Assembly (NCBI GenBank): GCA_964035545.1
Contig: OZ037771.1
Coordinates: 2,181,628-2,245,627, forward strand
Length of the DNA stretch: 64,000 bases
Direction: 5' to 3'
From: Bugula neritina
Lineage: Eukaryota > Animalia > Bryozoa
Shown: positions 13,674 through 24,958 of the stretch, piece after piece
How the letters are laid out: each line of letters starts with the position of its first letter
Numbering within the stretch: position 1 is the stretch's first letter
Program-made: the position numbers and the translations under genes
The notes under the pieces: model-generated
What the model saw: only the letters and a program-made list of their open reading frames with translations
Told to the model about the DNA's origin: nothing
Databases searched by the model: none

Positions 13674-15322
13674 TCACCACCGATACGGTGTTTTTTCATT
13701 GTCCATCAAAATGATTGGTTTAGAGAGATAATAGTTTGTTATTTTCCAATCTTGCATTTGATCTAATCTTTTAAAAATTAAGTTCAACTTTTCAACTTTG
13801 TCAGTAGTAGCATTGAACTGAGAATCAAATTGTTTTGGGGGTTTAGCTAATAGTCCTTTGATATTTTGTTTAGAAAAAGCAAGGACCAGTGGAGAGCTAG
13901 CAATATGTCTGCGCAGATAACCTTCACTTAGCAAATAGTCAAACGTCTGCTCAATAGCCTGATAACCTCGAGTTTGGAGCATATACATTATAGTGTACTT
14001 GTGGAGTTTGTTTTTAGCGGCATCGTCTTTTGACAGACCTAAAAGGTCCAGGACTTGTTTTGTAGACGCAGACTGAAAGCCACGTTTACTAGGGTGAAGG
14101 TATGACCCCGTGAGATAGTTTGATATAGTATTGGGAGAAGCAAGCCCTAACTCCTGAATCTCCTGTAGGTAGGTCAAAAACTCTGCAATGTTGATGCGCG
14201 ATAAACACGAGTACTCAGAGATAATAGTGTCAGGGTGAGAGTTGATATATCTCATAAGAAGTTGGCTTATCTCCACTGAATGAAGAAGCTGACGGATTCG
14301 AGCAAAATTTGAGATTTCATGTGAATTAAGTTTGTCAATAAGATCAGTGAGTGCCTTCTCGCAAACTCCTTTGGCCTCCAGTAGAGTTGCCAGTGCAGAT
14401 ATACATTCAGGTACAGTTGGAGTGCTGCTGATACCACAAAGGCCCTCTTCTGATACTTTCTTCATTAAATTTTCTACTGTATGCTAGAAAAAGTTGCACT
14501 TGAATTAGAAATTTGATGACATAACTGGTAATACTACACAAAAAGTAGTAAAACAAATCATACATAATTGTATATAACCTATATTTTAGTTTTGACTATG
14601 AGTACTTACAAATAAACACGAAATGCTAATGTAACGACTGATATACTTACACTAGTAGTGCAAACAGTCTTCATTTAAAGTTATTAAATCATATGAGAAT
14701 GATTACGAAATAATATGACAGATTTACCCGCTGACTTTCAGCAAGCAACGTTAAAGTTGTCCACCGTATTTGATATGGATTCGTAAAAGACAGGCTCGTC
14801 CAATGATTAGCCACATCCAGATATTGAAAACCGTGCGCCTCGAAACTGTTACAAAGTTGGTAGTTATCTCGAGCAACTTCTGTGCTCACCACAGTAGCAC
14901 GTGATACTTTAATTGGCTGTGAAACAAGGTGCAGTTTTTGTAGACTAGTCCACTTAGTGGGAAACCGAGAACTTATAAGCTTATCTAAGCCAGTCGTACC
15001 CATGTACCTAACAATGAGTACGCCAGGATTCCTACAAGAACAATATACTCCGTATCAAATACCATAATAAGTATTGTTAGCAATTAAATCAGCCAAGTTT
15101 ATTTTACAGCTAATAGAATATTGCTAAAACAATTTTTTTTAATTTCATCTTTCAGTTAGAGAATCTAAAATACCAGGTAGTTTAGGCTGTGTACAAAGAT
15201 TACAACATGCAAATCATATGCCAATGAAAAGTTAGGAAAAAATAAGTCATTTAAATTTACTATTATTTTTGCATAGCTCACCTGGGTTGAAGTAAAGCAG
15301 AGAATGTTGTTGATCTCATCAT
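13674..15322 (-). CDS. mTERF-like mitochondrial protein, about 384 aa. Exons 15322-15282, 15031-14728, 14483-13674
   Basis: In-frame splicing. The N-terminus MMRSTTFSALLQPRNPGVLIVRYM is Arg/Ser/Thr-rich with no acidic residues, like a mitochondrial presequence. The segment IEQTFDYLLSEGYLRRHIASSPLVLAFS resembles an mTERF repeat (YL...G....I...P.IL). AATAAA on the minus strand at 13619-13624. The gene is well supported; the family call is tentative. Confidence 0.6.
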
Positions 15323-16149
15323 GCTGTGAATATATTCATCTGTAGAGGTAATGATGTGAATGATAAATGTACAAATTGTAGAGTAATAGAGGATGGAGCG
15401 AGTTGTGAGATTGAAATGGTCATGATAAAAGGAAATAATAAATGCACACTTTGTGAATTTGCATATATATGTAAACTATAACAATTATTGCTGGGATGTA
15501 TCATTGTCAGCTGTGACCAAATATGACAAGCACTCTCACAAAGCAACTGGGTGGCGAAGTTAAAGAAGGACAATTATGAAAATATCTATTGTCAATATAA
15601 TTAGGGTCGTGAATAAAATTATAGTTGTGTAAATCTACAGTAATTATTATCAGAGGGTAGAATAAAAGCAAAATAAAATAGATTATTATCATAGTCATGA
15701 GTCACTATATGAGTCAGAATAAACACCTTTATATTTATGATAAGGATCATCATTATGATTATGATGAGCATAAGGATAATCAAAATTATTCTACTACAGT
15801 CAATATCTTTTGTACCTTATGAGTAACAGTCACAGCACCAACATAAATGTGATTTCTCATCGACATGAGCACTGAGACAAATAACACAAATGAGAATCCC
15901 TGGATCTTCTCCCAAAGTAAAAATACTAGTAGAAGTACTAGCAGTAGCAGTAGCTGTGAGAATCAGACTCGGAGTTAGACTCAGAGTCAGTGACTCTGAG
16001 GGTCAGACTGAAAGGTAGAGTGAGAGAAATTTTTTTTTAATCTTGCACTAAATCTAATTCTAAAAAGTAGATTTTCTAAAAGTAAAACTAAAAGTAAAAG
16101 TAACACTAACAGTCAAAAACTAAAAGAAAAATAACTTGCACAAAACTGA

Positions 16150-16700
16150 ATATCACTAAAATATTTATCGTGGCATAGTACAAACTTGAAGGTATTGCTC
16201 TAAATTATTTTGCAAATAAAATGTCCTTTCACACGTGCCAGAGACCTTCGGGCAGTGATATAATTATAATATCAATATGATATCACTCTGAGAGTGAGCG
16301 CTGCTGGCTCAACACCATTGTAGGATTGCCAAGATTCCAAAAACAACTGTTGCGTACGTGCGGCTGAAATTTTAAGCACAGCCCTGTGCTTTTATTATTA
16401 TGATTAACATCTAGCTCAAGGTCATTTTTCTTGAACCCATTTACATTTATTTTAACTCTTTTTTATTTCATTTGCGTGAATCAGAGTGATGCACAATATG
16501 AATACGAATATAATTATATGTACATAATCATAATGATAATGTATGAGTTACAACCATTCGGCTCAAATGTCCTTATACTTATAGTTATTATTCATATTGT
16601 GAGTGAATTTACTATCACTTGCTGGCACCGTGGCTTCATTCGCTCTTTTCCCTTGTGTTACTGTTTTGGTTTAGGTAATTTTGTTGACCAGTGTGAGTGT
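16150..16700. promoter_or_regulatory. Putative bidirectional promoter between the mTERF-like gene and GUF1
   Basis: The two genes diverge, and both first coding exons are preceded by splice acceptors (15340 and 17565). There is a GC/CpG-richer core at about 16230-16390 with CACGTG at 16232, and a candidate + strand donor at 16675. Confidence 0.45.
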
Positions 16701-17696
16701 GAGTCAGAGTGGTGCTAAAAGTAAATTTAAAACTGGTTCAAAATTAAACTAAAATATGTCATAAGGCTCATACTTATAGCCATACGCATAGGCATAGGCA
16801 CTGTAAAACTAAGAGTATCATACTTTCATAGTCAAAAAAATTGTTTTATCATTATGATTAAGTTTAACTCAACTTCAAGGGTTATGACTATCAGTATCAT
16901 TTAGGATTTTGCTTGTCATTATCATTATGGGAGTTTTTAATTTTATTATTTATAAAAGTAATTCACATTTAGATTGATTGTCAAGGTCTTTATTAAATAA
17001 TGATTGCTTTATTATTAACTTTATAACCATAATGATAATTATATTCAATTTTATGATTATCATAAGTCATAACAGTAACTGTTGATCATAACTGATAAGT
17101 TATCGCATGGACAATGAATGAATTATTGCTCTTGTGCTTTGAAGTGAATCAATCTGATTCTATTTATCTATCCACTCCAATCTGAGAGGGCCATTTTTAA
17201 ATTATTTTATTCGCCCTCGGCTCATGTTCTGCTTTTAGTTTTAATCTATATTATATTCATAATGATAATATTAATAATATTAAATTTAATAGTAATATTA
17301 TTATAATTTATCATTATGTTAGTATTACAAATACCAAAGCTTTATTTCATTTAATAGTAATTATTGTTACTTGTCCATTAGACTTAGTGGTAATATTACT
17401 AGTGCTGTCACTGATTTGCTGTTAATAGTTAGAGTGTTACTACTAGCAATGGCTGTATTGCAGGCTAAGCTGATACAAATACTATATATTTTATTGATCG
17501 AAGAATAAATCCCATCAATTGTAGCTATGGCTGCTCATAGTCACTAGTGATTTTATAATTTATAGAAAGAGTGTTATTTGAAGAAATGGCTCATGGCTAC
17601 TGTTGCAAGTGTAGATGACAACATCACTACAAGTTTAAGACTGGATCAGGTTTAATTTCAGTAGGAATCATCAAATCACTCTAGTTTCTTGAAGCT

Positions 17697-20600
17697 ATGA
17701 CTCTGTCTTCCAAGTCTAGAGCCTCACTTTTCCGCTATTATTCATCTTGTGGCTGCAATAACAAATATGCTTTTATAACATATACTCCGACTCTTATATT
17801 CAGTAGAACAAAAACATCAAACCTTGTTCATAAGGTAGGTTATGTTTTATACCTTGTTTTAATATCAAATGTATTTGTATAAATAAATAGATATAAATTA
17901 ATACATATACACGCACACAGCTCTTTGCAATATTCTTATAACTTATAGCGCAAGTTAGACTTAGCAGAATACAGCATTGATAAGATTAGGAACTTCAGTA
18001 TAATAGCTCACGTTGATCATGGCAAGAGTACTCTGGCTGACAGACTTCTGGAACTTACTGGTGGGTATTGAATTAACTCAGGTTTTCATAGGCAGCGTAA
18101 TGACAATATGTACTTGTTCATAAGGTATTGCACTTACGTTTACAAAACTCTATAATATGATTGATAGAAACTCAAGTTTTTGGTATTTGTTCATATCAAT
18201 CAAATCAATTGATTTTATAATAAATAAAAATGAAATAATTTCTTTATACAGCACATTTTTCTATTTTCCTTACTACCTTATATTTTAGTTAAATAATGAA
18301 ATGTAAATATCACATTTAATGGTTTTATTTCGTTTAAATTTTTATCTATTTTTCTCCTGTTTTTTTAGGAAAGCTGTTTTTATAATTGCAAAAAGTTGTT
18401 ATATTTCATTATCAGGGGTTGTAAAAGTTGACAAGGCAAATAAGCAGATTTTGGATAAGCTTCAAGTGGAGAAAGAAAGAGGAATCACAGTAAAGGTAGG
18501 AAATTAAAAAATTATTGTTAATAACAGCAGGCATTTGGTTTGCAGTCAACGGCAAACAGTTTGTATTTCAACATATAATGTTTTTTAAAGGTTTATCCTG
18601 AAAATCAGTAAAATATAAGCATCATTTTTTATATAAAAAGTACCTATTGCTTGGGTGTATTTTCTCGTACAAGATCACAATACTAATACAAATATATTCA
18701 CATATATAAATAAATACTTGCATTATATTTTAACTGAATACTGATTATATAATTTTATCTAATGTTTTGATTGTTTTTAATAAATATACACATTCAACAA
18801 ATTTATGGAATTTTATTTCCATTGTCACAAAAATTTTAGAAATGTTGAGTTTATACTTTTGTGTAAATTTGTTTCCACTCACAATAGAGTTTCCAATCAC
18901 TGTTGCTTGTGTCGTTTCAGGCACAGACTGCCAGTTTATTTTATGAATACAAGGGAAAGAAGCATTTACTCAATCTCATTGACACTCCTGGTCATGTAGA
19001 TTTTCATTACGAGGTTAAAAGGTCACTCGCTGCCTGTCAAGGAGCAATCTTATTGGTTGATGCTAATGAGGTGAGATCTTGTATTTTAGTTTGCAGATGA
19101 TTATAAATAATAGTTGTTTTAAGCTTTAAATTAATTTCAAAAAATAGAAAACGTAAAATATTAGTTTTATATGGTTTGGTTGCGCAAGATTTTGCGTTCT
19201 TTTAATATGACATTGTTTAAATTTTAATGTTTTATAGGCGAGTCTATTTCAGTCTGCTTCACCCTTGTAGACTTTTCAGCCTCTACTGATATAGAATATT
19301 TATATAGTATTATTCTACCTTTGTAGGGCGTACAGGCTCAGACATTGGCAAATTTCTATTTAGCCTTTGAGTTAGATTTACCCATAATTCCCGTCATTAA
19401 CAAGATAGATCTGAAGGTTGCCAAACCTGAAGTGGTGGTACAGCAGCTAAATACTCTGTTTGATATTACTCCAGATCAGATTATTAAGGTAACCTCAGCA
19501 TTTATTACATGTGAATAATTTAGAACTGATTTTCCCTACTGGAAAGTTGTAAATATTTGTGTATATCAATTTAAATGCAGAAAGGACTGTGTAAATAATT
19601 TATTAACACAGAATCGTGCGAGCTCATGATATGCCTACACACTGTCTGCATTAGTGTATTATAATTATTTATCTTGCATGTGGTTATTTAAATTGTATTG
19701 TTTCTGTTTTCTATTTAACATAAACTTTAATTTTATATGTTTTAAGCATCTAATTTTTAATATAAAGAACATTAAGTTGCTTATTTGCCCTCTAAGTATT
19801 TATTATTGACAAAATATTAATTGTGTTAAACTAATTATTTCTATTTCGTATAATTTTTTTTTTAATTTGCGAGTTTTATTCACAGATATCCGCTAAGCTA
19901 GGCACTGGCATTGACGAGGTGCTGAAGGCTATCGTGGAGAGGATACCTTGGTAAGTTGTGACTTTACCCACCATGAGTCACCCCAGGTGTGTTACTATTC
20001 CATATACTCTGTAGTTCCTAGGTCACCTCAGGTATGTTACAAGTCTATATACTCTGTAGTCCCCAGGTCACCTCAGGTTCAGATAAAGCCACACAGGTCC
20101 CCTTCAAAGGTTTGCTGTTTGACTCACATTACGACAGATTCAGAGGAGTTGTGGCTAGTGTTGCTGTTAAGGAAGGACAACTCTCTGCAGGTATTTGCTA
20201 ACAGAAGTGTTTTAGTCTGTTTCAGCTGGCATCATCTCTCGTTGTCATGGTAACAGAACCGCTTAATTTATTACAGAAGTTCCAACTTTAGTTTTAACTG
20301 TAAATTTTCTGTCAATTTGTTGCAATCAAGACATTTAAACCTGAATTAGCGGATAAATAGCAATAAATTGATTCAGCACCTAAGGCTATTGTTTGTGTTG
20401 AAGTGGGGCTTGCAATAGTGCCTTCATATATGAGGATTTTTATTGGAATCTAAGCTACCGTAACCAAGAGCACTGTAACTTCAACTAGTTTATCAGCGCA
20501 TTATTGCTCTGTGTCTCAAGTAACTACATTACGGTTGAAGGTGATAAAATACTATCCTTGCAAACTAAGAAGAAGTATGACGTGCAGGAAGTTGGAGTTA

Positions 20601-23600
20601 TGTCTCCTGATGGCGTACCTGTTTCAAGGCTGTATGAAGGTCAGGTTGGATATATCATTGCCAATATGAAGAAGGCTAAAGATGCACTGATTGGGGATAC
20701 GCTTTGCCTTGCGGAGCACCCGGTAGACCCCCTTCCTGGCTTCAAACCTGCTCAGGCTATGGTGAGATTTACGTACAGTAATCATGATGTTACGACTCTA
20801 TATGCTATATTAGCTTTTCTATATAGTTTGTTTATATCAGTTGCTGCTAATAATAATATAAAGTGTGTGTTCATTTCTGTAACATGTCTCCCAATATAGC
20901 TTGCTAAAGTCCTTTACTATGCATTTTTAATTTATGTGTGCCAATATTAAAAAAATGAATGGCAAAAATTAATTTCTTTTTCCATGTATTCATAAATTTC
21001 TATTTACTGGCATTTATTATAGCAAACTTACTGTAAGCTAGTATAATCATGATAGCTACTGTTATCTGTCCAGGTATTTGCTGGATTGTTCCCCGCTGAC
21101 CAATCAGAGTTCTCGTCTCTTCAGGACGCCATCACTAAATTGACTCTCAATGACTCTAGTGTTGAGGTAAACTCAGATCACAGTGCTGCTTTAGGGCAGG
21201 GTTTTAGGTTGGGTTTCCTGGGCCTCCTCCATATGGATGTGTTTGAACAGAGGCTAAGGCAAGAGTTTCACATCAACGCTATAGTGACGGCCCCCAATGT
21301 CCCATATAAAGGTAACACTACGTGGTAACGCCATTTAGAAGCCACTTTTACAAAGTCAACTTTGTTGTATACATCCTGCGCTTCAAGTGAATTGTATCAG
21401 AAAGCTCATCAGGAGGTTTAAACTTAGTCTTTTCTCCTGAGTAAACTCTTTATTGAAAATTGGTTTAATTCTTTTTAGTATGAATTCTCAAATTTAAGTT
21501 ATATTTTAATATATAGAGTTCTTTTAATGTATTTACAGAACTTGGTCTAGAAACTAGACTATGTTATATTGTATACATGTTATACTATACTAGTGATATA
21601 TTATATTGTATACATGTTATACTATACTAGTGATATATTATATTGTATAAAGCTATAGTTTTGTTGTTTTAGTGAAAGTTAAAGGTGCCAAGAATATAAA
21701 GTTGTATGGTGGAGAAGTAGTGACAGTGCTAAACCCATGTCATGTAAGTACAACATATTATGTGGTACAATAGGTTTACATCTTTCAATGTGATTTGATA
21801 AAATCTTTTATTAAACCATTGACTAGTTAAGTTTGTGGATATATGTGTTATTGTTTTTCTTGTAAATTGTGTAAATGAATGTTGAGAGAATTTCAAATAT
21901 ATTGAACAGAAAAAACGCTATAACTGACATTTTAAACTCATATTGGATCTAATACAATTGTTTTGTCATGTGCTTTGCTTGTGGTCTAATTTATTCTTAA
22001 ATTTTGTAGTTGCCCCCCTTGTCTATTATAGAAGAAATACAAGAGCCTTTAGTGCTGGGAACTATTATTGTTCCTGACTGCTATTTAGGGGACATGGTTT
22101 CCCTCTCTATGGTGAGTCATGGTAGCTCATATTAGGTCATCATGAGTCATATTAGATCATCATGAGTCATATTAGATCATGAGTCATCATCGACCATCAT
22201 GAGTAACTGGCAGCATATAGTAAATACTTCTATCTCATTGGACAAAGCCAGGAGCAGTTAGTAATAAGTGTTTGCTCGGCTGATCTGAAGAATACAGTAC
22301 AGGAAGTAACTCAAACCATCTTATGCGGACAGTTTTCTTTGTTCGTTCACTCTCTCAGTAACACTTCATAAGAACGTAGAGTATATCTCCACCAACACTC
22401 CGATACTGTAATGAAACGAGAGGTGCTCTAGTGGGAAAAACTTGTAAAAAAGCACCTCTATTTGATTCAGAACTTTTTTCTGAAAGAAACTTTGTTAATC
22501 TGCTGATTTATTGTATTTAAAAGGATTTTATTTCTTTACATTAAATAACTTAATGATAATTTCTTTAGAAATACAGAGGGGTGCAGGTAGAACAGTCGTA
22601 TATAGATGATACAAGAATTATGTTCAAAGTTGTCTTCCCTCTCAATGAAATAATCGTCACATTCTTTGATGAGCTCAAGTCAGTGACCTCAGGCTATGGC
22701 AGGTTTGTTTATAGTATGAATTTATAAACACATGTAGCTGTGTAGGTGATTCTGCACACAGATATACACATACCACCCTTCAATCTACCCACATCCTGCT
22801 GTACTCACTCTAATTATTGCAACTGATTTATAAAATCAATCTTTAAAGTTGCCTTCTTAATGCTAGAGACTAAGAGAAAAATTAAACTAAAATACAAATT
22901 TATACCACTTGAATTATCAGTAGCTAGCAGCAGCTGCCTGTCCGTCAGTTCAACAATCAATCATAGTGGTCGTTACATAATGTGCCGATCAGATCCATTG
23001 ACTCCTTGTGAATAACAATATTGTACTCGTAATTTATCTATTAATGTAAAATAGGCTAATATGAAGGTGTGCATTATTGAGAGTCGTTTATTCTATGTCT
23101 AAGTTTCTAACAATGCATTCCCTAAATTCTTGTGTACATAACTAATGATTGTTGTGTAGATTGTTTAGTATACGACTGTTATTCTTGCTGGTAATTGCTT
23201 TCGTGTCTTGCCTGCCATATGAAGAGCAGAGTATGTAAATTGTGATGGTATTACTATCAGTATGTAAAGTGTATAGTATAAAAGTAGTATTGCTATTTGT
23301 ATTGCTATTGTTTGCAGTTTTGATTACGAAGATTATGGGTACAAGAAAGGTAACTTGGTCAAGGTAAGTCACAACATTACGTAATCATATTTTTTTACAT
23401 TCTGCATATGAAATGTGTTCAGATACTCCTTCAGCTAAAATAAATTATATTCTTATTGTTTAGGGTTCAAATAATAACATAAATATGTCTTTATCATCAT
23501 ATCATTTTATCATGATATTGATAATAATAATCAATAATAGTAAATGTCAGTAGTTTATAGTGACAGGGGGCTTAAAACAAAGCAAGTCTTTTTTACCACC

Positions 23601-24958
23601 ATTGCTGTAGTTACATAGTTACATATCACATAGCAAATTATAACACACACACTCGCACAATCACACATACCACACACACATATCAGACACACACACAACA
23701 CACACTCTCTCACACTCACGCGCCACACACACGCACTCACACAACACACACCACATACACACACGCACACAGTCGCACACACACAAACACACAACACACT
23801 CTCTCAGACACACACTCACATGCACCACACACACACACAGCGCACACACTCACTCATACACCCACAGCGCACACTCACACACACACACACGCACCACACT
23901 CATGCACTCACTTACGTGCATCACACACACACTCGTGCACACACACTCACACGCACAAAAACACACCACACACACTCACACACCTATATATCGTGTCACC
24001 CTGCAGCTGGACATCTATGTACACAACGTCATCGTAGAAGAGCTGACCAGCCTGGTCCATGTCACTAAAGTTGAAGATCGAGGCCGGGAGTTGTGTTTGA
24101 AGTTGAAGGAGCATCTCTCCCGGCAGCAGTTTGAATACACCATTCGGGCAGCGATCAACCAGCGATTTATTGCTAAGGAAACTGTAAAGGCATACAGAAA
24201 GGATGTCACTGCTAGAGTGGTAGGGGAGACTACTCTCTTGATGTGTTCACTGCTAGAGTGGTAGGGGAGATTACTCTCTTGATGTGTTTATGTGGGAGAA
24301 GTAGATTTGTAATGCTTTTACATCTGCCTAGAATATGAACAAGTAATCACCAGTTTTCAGGTGTCTTGGTATTTTTTCTGAAAAGTTTGCTGAGTTTTGG
24401 TTAATTAATCCGAAAAGCACCTTCTTTTAACTTCTCCAAAAAATCAGTTGAAATCACTTTGCGTATAATCAGTATGATTGCTCCATTCTTAAGCTTGATT
24501 CAACTTCTTTTCAGTTTGTCATTTAATATAAAACGCAGGAGTTAAATATTTCTAGTCAATGGCATATATCATTCTCGTTAGTTCTGTACTAAAAAGACAC
24601 CAAAAAGTTATTAAAAAGCAGCATTTTTATATTTTATGATTTTGCTTTTATTGTACAAGAAAATCCATTGAAACTGTTTCTTTGGCCAGATTAATGTCTT
24701 GGCTGAAAATAGTGAAGCTATAAAATTTTTTCAGGCATTTTAGCTTTTCACGTTTTATATTAATTATTTCTAAACCTTGTAAATATGTTTGGTTTTGTAA
24801 ATAACTGGCATATTTTTGGTTTTGCTCAGAAATCAGGACATGACATGGCTCGTAAGAAACTGCTGCTGGACAGACAGAAGGAGGGGAAAGCCAGGTTGAA
24901 GTTAGCTGGCAAGGTGCCAGTGAAGAAAGATGTCCTGATGAAGGTGTTACGTAAATGA
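17697..24958 (+). CDS. GUF1: Mitochondrial translation factor GUF1 (EF4/LepA), about 663 aa. Exons 17697-17834, 17949-18060, 18416-18495, 18921-19070, 19327-19488, 19886-19950, 20060-20190, 20541-20761, 21074-21311, 21673-21743, 22010-22111, 22569-22702, 23318-23363, 24007-24219, 24830-24958
   Basis: [89 protein letters not shown]. The 15 exons sum to 1992 nt in frame. Confidence 0.97.
19977..20078 (+). repeat. 45-bp tandem duplication spanning the GUF1 exon-7 acceptor
   Basis: gtcaccYcaggt recurs with its AG at 19985, 20030 and 20075. The sequence atatactctgtagt is duplicated. Confidence 0.9.
21563..21648. repeat. 37-bp tandem duplication, intronic
   Basis: ttatattgtatacatgttatactatactagtgatata repeated a little over twice. 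Confidence 0.85.
22113..22206. repeat. About 20-bp tandem repeat (catgagtcatattagatcat) starting at the GUF1 exon-11 donor
   Basis: 3-4 degenerate copies immediately after gtgagtcat. Confidence 0.8.
23643..23983. repeat. Degenerate (CA)n microsatellite
   Basis: About 340 bp of CA-rich repeat ending just before the GUF1 exon-14 acceptor. Confidence 0.97.
24206..24288 (+). repeat. 41-bp tandem duplication spanning the GUF1 exon-14 donor
   Basis: tcactgctagagtg|gtaggggagaYtactctcttgatgtgtt occurs twice, with donors at 24220 and 24261. Confidence 0.92.

Noticed and set aside
13033-13680. Fusion of the mTERF-like and SOCS-box-like ORFs into one protein
   Set aside because: An in-frame TGA lies directly before ATG 13032, and the upstream ORF has its own stop and polyA signal.
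14985-15065. Short minus-strand ORF MVFDTEYIVLVGILAYSLLGTWVRLA resembling a Fluc/FEX first helix
   Set aside because: It stops after 26 codons and straddles the acceptor of a well-supported exon read in another frame.
22293-22410. Tiny TACAGTA...TACTGTA-bounded element
   Set aside because: The inverted match is only about 7 bp, too short to call without copy-number evidence.
23555-24068. Cys/Val-rich and His/Thr-rich ORFs
   Set aside because: Translations of the (CA)n microsatellite. Only 24007-24219 is coding (GUF1).
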